DNA of 64,000 nucleotides from the human T2T-CHM13v2.0 reference genome, Homo sapiens. Shown here piece after piece: positions 1 through 21,187 of the stretch. Positions within the stretch are counted from its first letter, which is position 1. Every line of letters begins with the position of its first letter. Below the pieces are notes generated by a model. The model was given only the letters and a program-made list of their open reading frames with translations. It had not been told where the DNA came from and did not search any database. A program made the position numbers and the translations under genes. Location of the stretch: the NCBI RefSeq assembly GCF_009914755.1, contig NC_060936.1; one strand, 5' to 3'.

Positions 1-306
<306 letters not shown>

Positions 307-1358
307 TTATAAAATTCAAATTACAGTACCTCCTTTAAAAAGTTACGTACACCCTAAACTATGAAGTGCCCCTATCAAAAAGGAGGAAAGAGAAGGGAAA
401 TTTCCTCAAAACAAATTGAGGGTGATCTTTGATTTATTTAAAATTTAAAAATCAGGATTTGGTTCATAGCTCAGCAAGCAAATTTAAGTGGGTCCAGAAA
501 TCCTGATTTTTTTTTTTCCATTTACTCCCGGAGGCCTTTGAACAGGCTCTTCCATTTGCCTTCCCTACTACCCTCTCTAAGCTTCTTAAAGACAAAGACC
601 CTATGTCTCCTTTGCTCTTTTATCTCCAGTGTTGTAACCTGCCTAGCACACAGTAGACACTTGAAATAATCTGTTGAACAAATGAATGAATGAAAAGCCG
701 CTGTTCAAATTAAATTTACCAGCATCCAAGACCACCTTACCAGTTTAATCAAACTTACCTCCCACCACTATGCAATAAATACCCCTCTAGCTAAACCAGT
801 CTGTCCCTGCCCCCAGAACAGAGGCATTCCTGCCTTCTCACTTGTGACCAAGCTATGCACTCCAAATGGAATGCCCTACCTATTACATACCCATTTACCA
901 AGTCCCATCTGGTCTGTGAATCTTTTCCTAATCAGTTTGCTACACACTAAATTTTTCTAGATTACCCAAAAGCATATATTTTGATACTTGTACTATCTTC
1001 TGTTTCATGAGAAAAAAATCCTGTCTCTGAAACTAAAATACCATAATCTTCTTGAAGACAGGCAATATGTCATATATACTTCATTATTTCCTACTATGCA
1101 TAGTGTAGCACAAACCTAGTATGTCACTGGCACACAACAGGCACCTGATAAATGTTAAATTATACTTATTCCTAATTTATACACCAATGATTTTTTTTAA
1201 AAAGCTCAGGCAGCTTATGAAAAATTAAAAATAGAACATAAAAACTGTGTGGACTGGAGAAAACAAGACAACAAAATATGCTATTAAAGTCATCTTTTTT
1301 AAAATATTAACTTTCATTCTGATCTTCCTGTAACTTGGACTTAGCTCTCTTTTTTTAA

Positions 1359-4220
<2,862 letters not shown>

Positions 4221-5477
4221 TTATACAATAAAATCAGGATTTCTGTAAAAATAAATATCTTGGGAGATTTTTGGCATAATCATTTCCCAAAGTATTTTCA
4301 CAACTAATATCTCAATTTATGCCCAAATCCTCATAGCACTCCCACAAAGAAAATAAAGATGTTTAAATTCCTATTTTATAGGTGGAAAAACAGACACAGA
4401 AATAACAGGTAAAAGCCAGCACTAGTTATCAACACTCTTAAACCACAGATTCTTCCCTCTGCCCCCATATTCTATCAGCTGCCTCCTTCTACAGGTCTTA
4501 TTATCACAATCTCTTCTACCCATTTCTCCCTCCTTCCATCTTCATAACCACCATTCCAGTTAGGGCTGTTATTGCCTCTTTCCTGAGCTATGACAACCAT
4601 GTCATTCCTAGTCAGTGTACCAGCATCCACCTCTAATGCAGACTACACCTCTGCCAGGGTAATCTTCCCAAAGCACGGTTCTGATTATGTCACACCCCCT
4701 TACTCCTATTTCCCTCAAGTCCCACACCCTCTTGCTCTGCTCAGGCTGTCGCCTGATCTAAAATACCCCCTTTCATCTCTGCCTCTTGGGATTCTACCCT
4801 ACAGCTAAAGCTCAGCTCAAACCCTTTCCTCCATGACACCATTTAGTCATCCCTTTCCCTCAACTCAAAAATGCTAGAAGCCCTGATAGGTTCTCACAAA
4901 ATATTTGCTGAATGAATCTGAGTTTTAATATCTCTTATTCCCTACTCTAGTCCCCACCACACTCTGATCCATCTTCTGAGATGATGTGACCTCAAAGAGA
5001 AACCTAATTAGTATGCCATTGTGGTTACTGAGCTGGTACCAGATGACAGGGTCATGCAGCAGCTATTAGAGAGAGAAAATAGAATATTGTTTTGAAAGGC
5101 CTGTAAGTGGATAAGAGCTATTAAAAACATCAATCAATTCAAAAAAAATATTGAATGGCATAAGCAAGATACCACAAGTAAGTACTATAGAAATAAAAAA
5201 AGTTCAAGACACAGTTCTTACATTAACACCAGTGAGGCTGACTTGAGAGCAACATTTACTAAATTAGGTATTAATGAAAATCTGAAATAGGACAGGATGG
5301 TAATACAAAGAGAAGCTGGTATAGAATAATTCCCTTGGATCACATGTCAGTACCATCATCCCCATTATTCTTTCTTGCTAATTTATTTCCCAGACTGTTC
5401 CTTTCTTAGCACCTCCTTTTTCTCCCCAGCTCACCACCCCATCTCAATTCTCTTTATTATTTCCCCCCAGGAATTGA

Positions 5478-7450
<1,973 letters not shown>

Positions 7451-7673
7451 AAAAAGCCTGGCTAAAACCTATTAAGAGCAGCTATAGAAAAGAATTTTAG
7501 TGACCATTTAGAATGAGTGCCCATTAGGCTTTGACCACGTAAGTGATCACTGCTTTCTTTTTAGGTAACCCAAATGGAAAACAACTTTAAGATTGGAAAA
7601 TACTTCAGCTTTGTAAAAATCCCAAATTTGAAATCTGTTTTTCCTTTGGACAGGCCAGCTCAGAATGACTTAC

Positions 7674-7758
7674 GGACTTCATTTCCTTCACTGAGAATCT
7701 CCACCCGGCGCACAAGCTGCTCAAACAGATTCCGCACATTCAGCATCATAGTATCCAT
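7674..7758 (-). CDS. RACGAP1: Rac GTPase-activating protein 1 (MgcRacGAP/CYK4), first coding exon (c.1-85)
   Basis: Reverse complement reads cttggcag|AAAG ATG GAT ACT ATG ATG CTG...GAA GTC C|gtaagt = [28 protein letters not shown](Q), the RACGAP1 N-terminus. AG acceptor at 7764-7763, branch-like CTAAT at 7788-7784, GTAAGT donor at 7673, strong Kozak (AAAGATGG). Whole exon is 7674-7762; later coding exons lie left of the window. Confidence 0.97.
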
Positions 7759-8916
7759 CTTTCTGCCAAGAAATCAAATATACATTAGGGGTCCTGCCTT
7801 CTCGCCCACAACAAAAGATTCTATAGCAATCCAGCCATTAGTGACCAACATCTGGACTCTTCCATTTATAACTACCATTATAAGAATCTCAAGCTAACAA
7901 CAGATGTTTTGTGTGATTCTTATTATAAAAACAAACTTGGAATGTTTAAGACTCATCTGAAAATTAGAAAACCATTTCAGACCTTTGAATATAACAGCCC
8001 CTCCAATCACTTGGAGCAGAAAACAAATAGGAAAGAGCATGTCAGTTCATTAGCAAGTGACTGACCAACAAGAAAATGTGGTTCTTCAAGTCAAGCCTAT
8101 TGATTAATATAATAATTTTGCCAGTTTATTCCTTGTGGGCTTTGAAGACCTACAATGTAACTTAAAATATCTATTTTTAATTTCATTTTTAGCTAATGCC
8201 CCTGTTGCAACTGCCTTTTAAAATGCAGGACATGGTCAGCACATTTCCTACCAAAAGCACAGATGACGTCACATGAGTGATTAAGTGGGAAAATCGCCAG
8301 CTCAGCAGCACAAGAATTATTTCTGTAATACAGGGCTCTCTGCTGGGCTGCGTGCAGGAACTACGTCTAATAAATTTATACTAAGTAGAGGCAAAGGATT
8401 ATGTTGTACCACATTCTGGCATCAGAGAGACAATACAGCACCTTCACAGTTCGAAGGGCAAAGCAAAAATCATTTGCTACTGTGTCCTGTATAGTGAATT
8501 TCAGACTTTGTATTTCCCCTCAAAGGCCTGCTGATACTATAGAAAAAACAGTGTCGTTACAGGCGGTTCTATTCCAAATAGACTTTAACTGGGAACACTT
8601 TGAGGAAATAAGATCTTCACTTAACAGTCAAGAAAGAAAGACATTAACTGGATGTTATGAAAACTATCAAGGAAATGAAATAAAAAGTCAAATTTTATTA
8701 GAAATTTAATGTCCTCAGAAATACCATTAAAGGATTCTTGTGTTTCTCTTAACCAATGCTTCAACATTCTAGTCCAGGTCCTTATTTCCTAAATAAAATT
8801 TTAAGAACTCTTATGAAGGGTTAGTGATTTTGCAATGTTTACAAGATTGCACCACAAGCTATGAGAGCAAGAAAAAATATATAAAAAAGCACAAAGGACA
8901 AAGAATATATGAACAT

Positions 8917-9247
<331 letters not shown>

Positions 9248-9559
9248 TTAAATGCTGCAGAATTATACATTTATACTCATATGATAATTGCTATAATAGA
9301 AAAAAAGTTCTCAGTTCCAAGCCTGGATGCAACATATACCTGAATCAGGGCCGGAAACCAAGATTTTCAAACGGCAAGTATCTGTTCCAAGCTACATAAT
9401 CACAGCAAGCTGCTAAGCAACCAGACCAACAAATTTATTACAAAGATCTTTCTCTAAACTAAGAACAAAACTAAAAGGATAGCATTAAAACCGGCAGGAA
9501 GAGCTGTGGAATTCATGGAGATGCCATGGATTTAACATATAATGAAATAGGCAACATAC

Positions 9560-9633
9560 CCTAAGTGCTACAGGACAGAAACAGGGGCAGGACATTGGGT
9601 AGTCAATTCAAATGTTGATTTCCTTTGGCTCTC
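9560..9633 (-). other. RACGAP1: Candidate 74-nt 5'UTR cassette exon of RACGAP1
   Basis: ttccatttttacctcag|GAGAGCC...CACTTAGG|gtatgt: good polypyrimidine tract/AG and GTATGT donor in RACGAP1 sense. Based on splice signals only. Confidence 0.55.
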
Positions 9634-10624
9634 CTGAGGTAAAAATGGAAGACTCTAATCAGTAGTTTTAATATAAGGTATTACTTTCTATCATCTCGGC
9701 ATTCACTTATATATCGTGAGACTATAAGACAGCTCAATACCACGGCAAAACTTCTATCTGTCCAAGAATTCAAAAAGGAAAATTTCATGGTGCTAGGATG
9801 TTGAAAACTGGTTGTTTAAAAAAAAGCTTTTTTAGGGGGGGTTTTAAGTCTTAAATTACAATATAACCTGTTCTCTTGTCCATTTTTTTTTTTTTAATTT
9901 TTTGAGACAGAATCTTGCTCTGTCCCCCAGGCCAGAGTCCACTGGCGCCACCTCAGCTGACTGCAACCTCTGCTTCCCAGGTTCAAGTGATTCTCCGGCC
10001 TCAGCCTCCTGACACTGTTCTACTCTTCCTGTTCATGTCCATCAACTACGCTACTCACTGACCTACCCTATCCCATACCCTACTGACTTCCAATTTTGAT
10101 TTCCCTATTTTTATCATTCTCTCAGTCGCTCAGTTCCAAACTTCAGAATCACCTCTGGTTCCTCCCCTTCCAACAGCATAATCACTAAACCTTGTGTACT
10201 CTTCTCTCATGTATCTACCATACCCACCCCCTTATCACTTGCAGGTTGTCACCACTCACTTCAATTGCACTCCCTGCCTCCAGTCCTTCCCCTACTGCTT
10301 CAGGCAGTTGCCACTCAGATACAAACTCTTTGCACTTGAATTAAACTTTACCATATGATTCTGCCCTGTGTCCCAGCTAGAATATAAATTTGAGGGGAGA
10401 AACCTTACATGCGGCACTACTATATTACACACACAAGCATGTAGCATTTAATATGATGCTCACAAAAAAAAATTGATAAGTGTTAATTCAGAGAACAAAC
10501 ACACACATATCTGTGATGCTATGGTCAAAAGAATTTCCATTCTACCTCAACATCAACGTGTAATATAGTTTAAAGCAAAAAGAACAGTTAAAAGCGGGAG
10601 AGGGAGCAGAAGTCCTGGGACAAG

Positions 10625-10742
10625 ATGGGTGTGGTGGTGCGTGCCTGTAGTCCCAGCTATTCAGGAGGCTGAAGTGGGAGGATCACTTGAGTCTAGGAGT
10701 TTGAGACCACCCTGATCATCACAAGACCCCCTTCTCTTAAAA

Positions 10743-10785
<43 letters not shown>
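10625..10785 (+). mobile_element. FLAM/Alu monomer with (TAAA)n tail
   Basis: Monomer consensus; flanked by a gtcctgggacaa direct repeat. Confidence 0.85.
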
Positions 10786-10803
10786 AAAGGTCCTGGGACA
10801 AAC

Positions 10804-10866
10804 CTTTAGCTCTTCTATCTACCAGTAGTATAATCTTCAGTAAATCACTTAAATTCCATGACTCAT
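10804..10866 (-). other. RACGAP1: 63-nt 5'UTR cassette exon of RACGAP1, exonised antisense MIR
   Basis: ttgttttcactttatag|ATGAGTCATGG...GAGCTAAAG|gtttgt. The plus strand matches the MIR core (ctcatctataaagtgaaaacaataac). Resembles my recollection of a RACGAP1 mRNA 5'UTR (unverified). Confidence 0.7.
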
Positions 10867-11246
10867 CTATAAAGTGAAAACAATAACACTTGCTCTATTT
10901 ACCTCATAGAATATTACAAAAATTTTAAAATGTATAAGTTTACAATCTCACTACCAAAATATAAGGTATCTTTTAGTTGGTATGAAGTGAGTTTCTTTTG
11001 TTTAGGTTTGGTTTTGGTCTGATAGTTGTTACTTCCATCCTAAAACAGTGATTCTCAAATCTAGGTGTTTTCCCCCCTAGGCTGTCTCCAAATAAGGATA
11101 TCAGTAAATTCAGAATTTTAGACCATTTTTAAAAATAATACTATACAATTAGAAAGAAAAGAATCCAGTATTTACTAGGTGCTTTGAAATGATTCGGGCA
11201 CTAAACTAGACACTTCACGTACACTTTTTCTTTAAGTGAATTTGAC

Positions 11247-11546
11247 TTTTTTTCTGAGACGGTGTCTTGCTCTGTCACCCAGGCTGGAGTGCAGTAGCAC
11301 CATCTCGGTTCACCGCAACTTCCAATTTTCAGGGTTCGAGTGATTCTCCTGCCTCAGCCTCCCGAGTAGCTGGGATTACAGGTGCCCACCACCAGGCCCA
11401 GCTAATTTTTTTTTTTTGTATTTTTAGTAGAGATGGAGTTTCACCAAGTTGGTCAGGCTGGTCTCAAACTCCTGACCTCTAGCAATCTGCTTGCCTCGGC
11501 CTCCCAAAGTGCTGGGATTACAGGCGTGAGCCACCATGCCTGGCCT
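11247..11546 (-). mobile_element. Alu
   Basis: Reverse-complement Alu consensus. Confidence 0.92.
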
Positions 11547-12123
11547 CACTAACTTAATTATCTCCATTTTACAGACAATGGGCAACTAAGTCCAGAAACC
11601 TTAAATTAACCAATAAATGTCGAGTTCTCATTGAAACCCAGGTCTGAGTCCAAAATCTATATTCTCTCCAACCCAACACATTGAAGAGATAAGTTACAAA
11701 AATATCAATTAGACCATATATGTTGCAGACCTACTCAGAGACCTCCTGCAAACCATAACATGTCATACAAACAGCAACACATATAAAACACAAATTATAG
11801 CTGGAACCCAGACCAAGAAGAATCAAGGAAACAGCAAAATTTGGCCAGGTCTAGGCTTTTAAACAAGCTGTTCTAGATGAGGTTTGCTGCTTCTGAAGAG
11901 TTATTTTTTCCTCTAACATAGATTTACTTAGGGTAATCCAAAAATGGCACTAGCAGAATATAATCCTCTTCTCTTTATATGCTAGGGGACCATATATTTT
12001 TATTAACATTCTACAGAAGTGACTCTCAGGAATTATTTATAGATGACAAAAATATCTTTCTATATCAGTACTAACTCTGATATCTCAGCCAAATTGTAAC
12101 TCAAAAAGCTAAAATTTACTCAC

Positions 12124-12239
12124 CCTATTCAACGTCAATTGAAAATAGTTGTAATTTTCCTGCTGGGTCACATTTTCACCCTCATGAATACTTGTTTATT
12201 TCCCCCCATGTATTATTTAGTCCATAGCTAGGAGATACA
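12124..12239 (-). other. RACGAP1: 116-nt 5'UTR cassette exon of RACGAP1
   Basis: tttttgtttcctttcacattag|TGTATCTCC...GAATAGG|gtgagt: strong acceptor and consensus donor. Resembles my recollection of a RACGAP1 5'UTR (unverified). Confidence 0.75.
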
Positions 12240-13361
12240 CTAATGTGAAAGGAAACAAAAACAAAGTCATATTGTAGTACATTGCTTTTGCAGCTGTAAA
12301 ACAGCTGTCACTTTCCACAACAGAGACTGCTGCCTTTTCGGGAAAGCTGAAACGATCCCTGCGTGCAGCAAGAAACTCAGTTTGTGGAGCACTTTAAACC
12401 AAAAGGTGCTAGAGAATCTCAGCTGTTATTGATGGGGAACCCCAGAGGTGGAGAAGTCAGTATGTTACAGATTCCCAATCTGTGAGTATCCCTAAGGGAG
12501 CAATCTGGAAACACCATGAAAGAGTCTCAGCTGGATGTGATTGCTTTGAGCCCCCAATTTAATTTCAATCACCCAGCCAAGAGGTAGATATCATCCTTCA
12601 GAAAAACAGACTATTACAGATCTTACTGCAGGGTATCCTGGGAAAAGTCTCTATCCTCTTCTTCCTCCTCCTTCAAACAACATTATTAAGAGACCTATAT
12701 ATCAGGTTTTTTAGATGCATCAAGGGTGTTAAATACTTTAAGACAAAGCAATGAAAGGTTGCTGGAGTTTTTCAGGAAAGTGTTTTAATGAAAAACTTTC
12801 CCACAAACATTGCTAAATCTGGAGATTTCCAAGAAATCAACAATATAGATTCCCTGCTGTCAAGGAAAACCATTCTCAAAGATAATCTCAGTACTTTAAG
12901 ATCCTTTCATAGGAACACATTTGAGGACAATGTGAGGACAATTCTTTTCCTGAAATGTCCAGCTTCTGCTTCACTGTATCGAAAGTCTCTAATACAACTG
13001 GCGGACAGAAGGATTATCTTGAAACCAAATGTTCTTTATAAGCAAATCACTTGCAGAGAGTAAACAAAATGTTCTCAATCCAACATGAAGACTAAAATAA
13101 GGAAGGGAAGATTTGAATTGTGATTTTTCAGAAAATTACTAGAAGTTCAGCATACTGAATACCTCTTTTTTTCCCTGTGAATTCTTCCTATTCTGGTCTT
13201 CCATCCTTCAAGGTCTAGAATAAGTCTCACCAATTCACTGAAGCCTTCCCTAACCATTTCAGTCCAAAATGATTTCCTTTATTATCTATAACATTCATTT
13301 AGCAGATACAAAAATACTGTTTATTATTAATCTTCTATGTTCAAAAAGTTAACAGTAAAAC

Positions 13362-13680
<319 letters not shown>

Positions 13681-14512
13681 ATAGCAAAACAAAAATCTCA
13701 CTATCCTAAACAACTATATGTACCATCTGATCTAATCTTTGCCCATTTTACACTCTTATTTCATGGTGTTACAATCATACATTACATATAATTTTGTGTT
13801 TTGCTTCTATCATGTTTCCATTAAGTTCTAAAGAGTTGATGAACAACTATTTAACTATTCTCTTCTTTGGACGTTTAGGTCATTTCCAGTTTTTCACTTA
13901 CCTCTGCCTGGAATCTCTTGCATGGTCACTCTCTCACCTCAAATATCTTTACTCAAATGCTGCTTTCTCAGTGAGGTCTTTCCAACCATCCTATTGTAAA
14001 CTGCAGCCTTTCTCTAACATTACCCTGCTTTACTTTGTTCCAAAGCACTTCTCTCCATCTAACATACTTACATATTTATTCAGTTTATTGTCTGTTTCTC
14101 CTCTAGCTTAAGTTCCAAGAAAGCGGAGATTTTTGTGTTTTCTTCCCTGATGCCTAGAACAGTACCTGACATTTGGTAAATGACTAATAAATATTTGGTG
14201 AATAAATGAATTGAGCATTCCTATGGACAATATTTTTCTTCAGGTGACTGTTTTCCTTAGACTAGATTTCCAAGGCTAGGAGTGCTATATTAGGGTGTAA
14301 AAACATTTTATGGCTCTTAATAGTGCCAAAAAGTTTTCTAAAAGGGATGTACTAATGCACAGTACTTTCAACAGTGTATAGGCTTACCAGACTCACCAGT
14401 TATCTTTTTAAGTTCTGTTACCCCAAATTAACTGCACATTCTTTAAGACCAAATAAGACTGTATTCTACTTACACTTTGCACTTAAGAAATACCTATTGA
14501 ATGAAAGTAAAC

Positions 14513-15730
<1,218 letters not shown>

Positions 15731-16069
15731 GTCCCCTCCAAAAGATAAATACTTATTGAATGATTAAGCTACAGGAAAGGCGCCTTCTCTAAACACCTAC
15801 AATAACTCGGAAAGCTTATTTACCCGACACATTAGAAAGATAATGCTTTCTTAAAAAAAAAAAGGGCTTATCTACCCACCTACCCCCACTTTCCGACACA
15901 CACCTCTCGGCCTACGGATGAAATCCTGTGAAGAGAAATGTACGTGAAAGTGTACAAGTAAGGCCTCGTTGTTACTGAGGGTAAGAATCAGGATGAGAAG
16001 GACAAGATGTCATTGCCTTGCCTTGCCTCCCTAGACATACGAGACCCACGAAGTAGAGGGGCTCCACTG

Positions 16070-16780
16070 CAGGCCGCCCGGGCCTCTCAAACACCAGGGC
16101 TCTTCCCTTCGAAAACGATGGGGTGTCACTCCAACCACTCTTAAACTCGTATCTGACTGAGAGACTCTTGTTTAGGATGACTCCTGCCCTGGTCCAGCCA
16201 CCACCTCAAAAAGACGCCCCCGGCTTTCCACAAAACCCGGCGCCAAGACAGAAGCCCCCGACCCTCCCAGGCCGCGTCCATTCGACCTGCCACGACCCCC
16301 ACCCCAGAAAAGCCCGAGTGGAGAGGCTGTGGCTGCCAGCCTGTCCCGCTGTCCCGCTGTCCCGGACCCCCGCGGCGGCCACGGCTCACCACACGAACAC
16401 TCTGCTTCCTATCACAATCCAGCGGCAGACGCACCTGGTCTGGCACCCCCACTACTCACTTCAGTCAGCCTGGCCCCACCTGGGCCACCCTTCACTTCGC
16501 TCCGCGCCTCACCCAACGGCAGAGCAGCGCCGCGCCCACAGCTCCGGTTTGAAAACCTTCACCAACCAATCACAGAGAAATTTATTCCTCCCGCGCCGTC
16601 CCTCTACGGTGTGACGTACGCGTCAGGGCCACGCGGAGGTGACGGGAACGGGAATGAGCATGCGCATTCTGACAAAGCGAAGCCAAAGGTGGCCATTTTG
16701 ACTAATGTCAACGGTTTTTCGGTTTTTTTTGTTTTTTTTTGCGGTGCCCTTTCCGGAAGTCATTCAGGATGCCATATTGA
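16070..16780 (-). promoter_or_regulatory. RACGAP1 proximal CpG-island promoter with G2/M-gene architecture
   Basis: CpG-rich. CHR TTTGAA 16548-16553; CCAAT 16566-16570; inverted CRE half-sites TGACGTACGCGTCA 16612-16625; NRF1-like GCATGCGCA 16658-16666; YY1 GCCATTTTG 16692-16700; ETS TTCCGGAAGT 16751-16760. Confidence 0.88.
16390..16530 (-). other. RACGAP1: RACGAP1 non-coding exon 1 (proximal promoter; several alternative donors)
   Basis: Lies within the CpG island just downstream of the CHR/CCAAT motifs. Donors: GTG|gtgagc (exon end 16390), CAG|gtgcgt (16435), GAA|gtgagt (16460), TGG|gtgagg (16513). TSS is approximate. Confidence 0.8.
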
Positions 16781-17179
16781 CTAAGGGCAAGTGGTACTTC
16801 CTGAATGCGAATTATTCTTGGTCTCACTGTCTGCGGGACTAGGGCCCTTGGAAACGATTAACTGAACAATGTCAGCTCTCACAGTAGAATCAGAAGAATA
16901 CCAGGAGTTAGAACAGCAGTTAGTTTCAAGCACATTCACTGAGCTATATTATCCCTTCCATTGATGTATCCATTCAGACTTTTATTTGACACACATTGAA
17001 TGAGCCCACATCATCACAAGCACTCCACTGGGAATCGGAAAAATAAAGATGGTATGGTCTCTACTGTCCAGTAGCTACGAATGGAGGCGATAGCTCTAGA
17101 AAACAAAAATAAATACAAAATGAAAATAAAATACTATAATTCCATTTAATAAACGTTATTTAGAACTTGGCATTGTGCT

Positions 17180-17345
17180 AGCACAGGAGCTTTCATGCTT
17201 TTTAAAAACTCTGGACCCACAGTGAGAAATACATTTTACGTTGCAACCGGGTAATGAAAACTCTGCTCATCCTTACTACATGCAAAGTACCCAGAACTCA
17301 CTACTCAACAACGCATGGCTACCCGCAATTTGGAAAAATACTGGC
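17180..17345. mobile_element. Probable hAT-Charlie/MER DNA transposon fragment
   Basis: gacccacagtgagaaatacattttac...tttggaaaaatactg resembles Charlie-type MITEs; family uncertain. Confidence 0.4.
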
Positions 17346-17439
17346 TGGAGCATACAAGAAGCGCTGTGGTTTAAAGGAAAGATCACTTACTGTCACATTG
17401 GTCCTTAATTTAAAAAAAAAAAAAGAAAAGAAAGATCAC

Positions 17440-17710
17440 AGATTTGGGGGAGGGAGATTAGGGAGATGTTGGTCAAGAGATATAAAATTTCAGTTAGAGG
17501 AAAATTTAGATCTATTGTACAACACAGTGACTGTAGTTAATAACAAAGTATAATGCATTTGAAAATTGCTAAGAGTAGATCTTAAATGCTCTCACCACAC
17601 ACCTCAATAAAGTATGTGAGGTAATGGGTATATTAATTCGCTTGATTTAGTCATTCCACAGTGTATACATACATCAAAACATCACCATAAATATATAAAA
17701 TTGTATTTTA
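17440..17710 (+). mobile_element. L1MA-type 3'UTR fragment
   Basis: ttgaaaattgctaagagtagatcttaaatgctctcaccac...cattccacagtgtatacatacatcaaaacatcac. Confidence 0.8.
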
Positions 17711-17756
17711 TCCAAAAATCACATCACAAATTTTGTAACCCGAAAACTTGACTCCA

Positions 17757-18040
17757 CTTTTATTTTAGAGACAGGGTCTTACTCTGTCACGCAGGCTGGA
17801 GTGCAGTGGCACAATTATAGCTCACTGCAAATATGAACTCCTACACTCAAGGGATCCTCCCTCATACCTAGGACTACAGGCACATGATCAAGGTAATTCT
17901 TTTGCTTGTTTGTTTATCTTTTGTAGAGAAGGGTCTCACTATGTTGTCCAGGCTAGTCTTGAACTCCTGGCCTTAGGTGATCCTCCCACCTGAGCCTCCC
18001 AAAGCACTGGGATTACAGACAGTAGCACTCCACCTGGCCT
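17757..18040 (-). mobile_element. Old Alu (J-type)
   Basis: Diverged reverse Alu consensus. Confidence 0.85.
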
Positions 18041-18595
18041 TGAACAATAGCAGGCGTTCGGCTGACCCACCCATATTATCACTTTTTAATACTTCTGTAC
18101 TTCACTTCCTCCAAGTATAATGTAGAAATAATAATCCCATCTCTATCTCACAGGTTTATTCCCAGATCGACTGAGACACAGTGTGGTACACTATCAAAGT
18201 TTATACTTGGTAAACTGCAATACAGATTATTATTAATATTATTAAGAAAGGGATGAAGAAAGAAAATATGAACTGTGCATTTGTTATCCCATTTAATCCT
18301 CCTAACAACCTTTCAAGGTCAGGAGCATTCATTGATTGCATTAGCCTGTGCCTGCTTAGATACCTATAATAAAATGAAATAAGTAGTAGGACAAAGACAT
18401 GTATAAAGTACTTTAGGAGCACAGACAAGGAAGCAATTAATCCTATCTGGGGAGTGGGAGTGTTAAAAAAGCCTGCAGAGACTGATCTGAGCTGGGTCTT
18501 GTGTGAATAGGAATTTACAGGAGAGAAGGGAATGGAAAATTACTGGCAATAGGAAGATCATGTGACCTCTGAAGAATGAGGCAAGCATATATTTA

Positions 18596-18915
<320 letters not shown>

Positions 18916-19547
18916 ACACGAGAAAGCGTTTATGAAGGTTTAGGCTGTGAAGGAACATTTACCTCAACTTTCAGGTGATGTTGGGGGTTAAGTGAGTGTG
19001 ATGCTTCTTGAGTAGCTTTGGCCTGAGAAGGAAAAGGAGAGACTGGCAAAGTAGGATGAGACCACACTAGGAACGGATTGGACTTGATCCTGTAACGGAC
19101 TCAATGACAAGACAATGGGACTTGGACTGACTTGACTGATTTGTCTTTGGATAGAACATATGCTAACATGGCAAGCAGGATTGTCTGGAAAGGGAAAAAT
19201 GTAAAGGTAGACTCTCTATTTAGGCCAGTGGCAGTGGGATGACAAGGAGGGGACAGGTGGGAAAGATATTTATGAAATCAATCAATGAAATGAAATGGAC
19301 TTATTAAATGATTGGACCTCAGGGGTGAGGGAGAGAAGCAGGGGAGTGTAGAATGCCTCAGCTTTCTCTCTTTCCCTTACACCTCAATTACTGAGTGAAA
19401 CTCCTAAGTACAGATCTCTTGTGTGTGCCCACTTTTCTCCTTCCCCCTGTCACTACCCTTGTCCAATCTGGTAGTCCAACCCCAGTGAAACTGTTTGCCC
19501 TCCCTTGCATTCTTTACTCCTCAAGTGATCTTTTAAAAATGCAATTA

Positions 19548-20013
<466 letters not shown>

Positions 20014-20016
20014 TCA

Positions 20017-20647
<631 letters not shown>

Positions 20648-20767
20648 TTAATTTAATTAAAAAAAAATTTGAGGGCTGGGCACGGTGGCTCACGCCTGTA
20701 ATCCCAGAACTTTGGGAGGCCGAGGTGGGCAGATCACGAGGTCAGGAGATCATGACCATCCTGGTTA

Positions 20768-21032
<265 letters not shown>

Positions 21033-21187
21033 TTAATGAGCTAGATTTGGCCAGACAAGCTGTGGCTCATGCCTGTAATCCCAGTGCTTTGGGAGGCTGA
21101 GACGACAGGATCACTGGAGGCCCGGAGTTCAAGACCATCCTGGGGAATATATCGAGACCTCCTCTCTACAAAAAACTGAAAAATTAG

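Noticed and set aside
7574-7897. 107-aa plus-strand ORF
   Set aside because: Antisense shadow of the RACGAP1 coding exon; no independent support.
16123-16784. 150-160 aa ORFs over the RACGAP1 promoter
   Set aside because: Stop-poor GC-rich CpG-island sequence; no recognisable protein.
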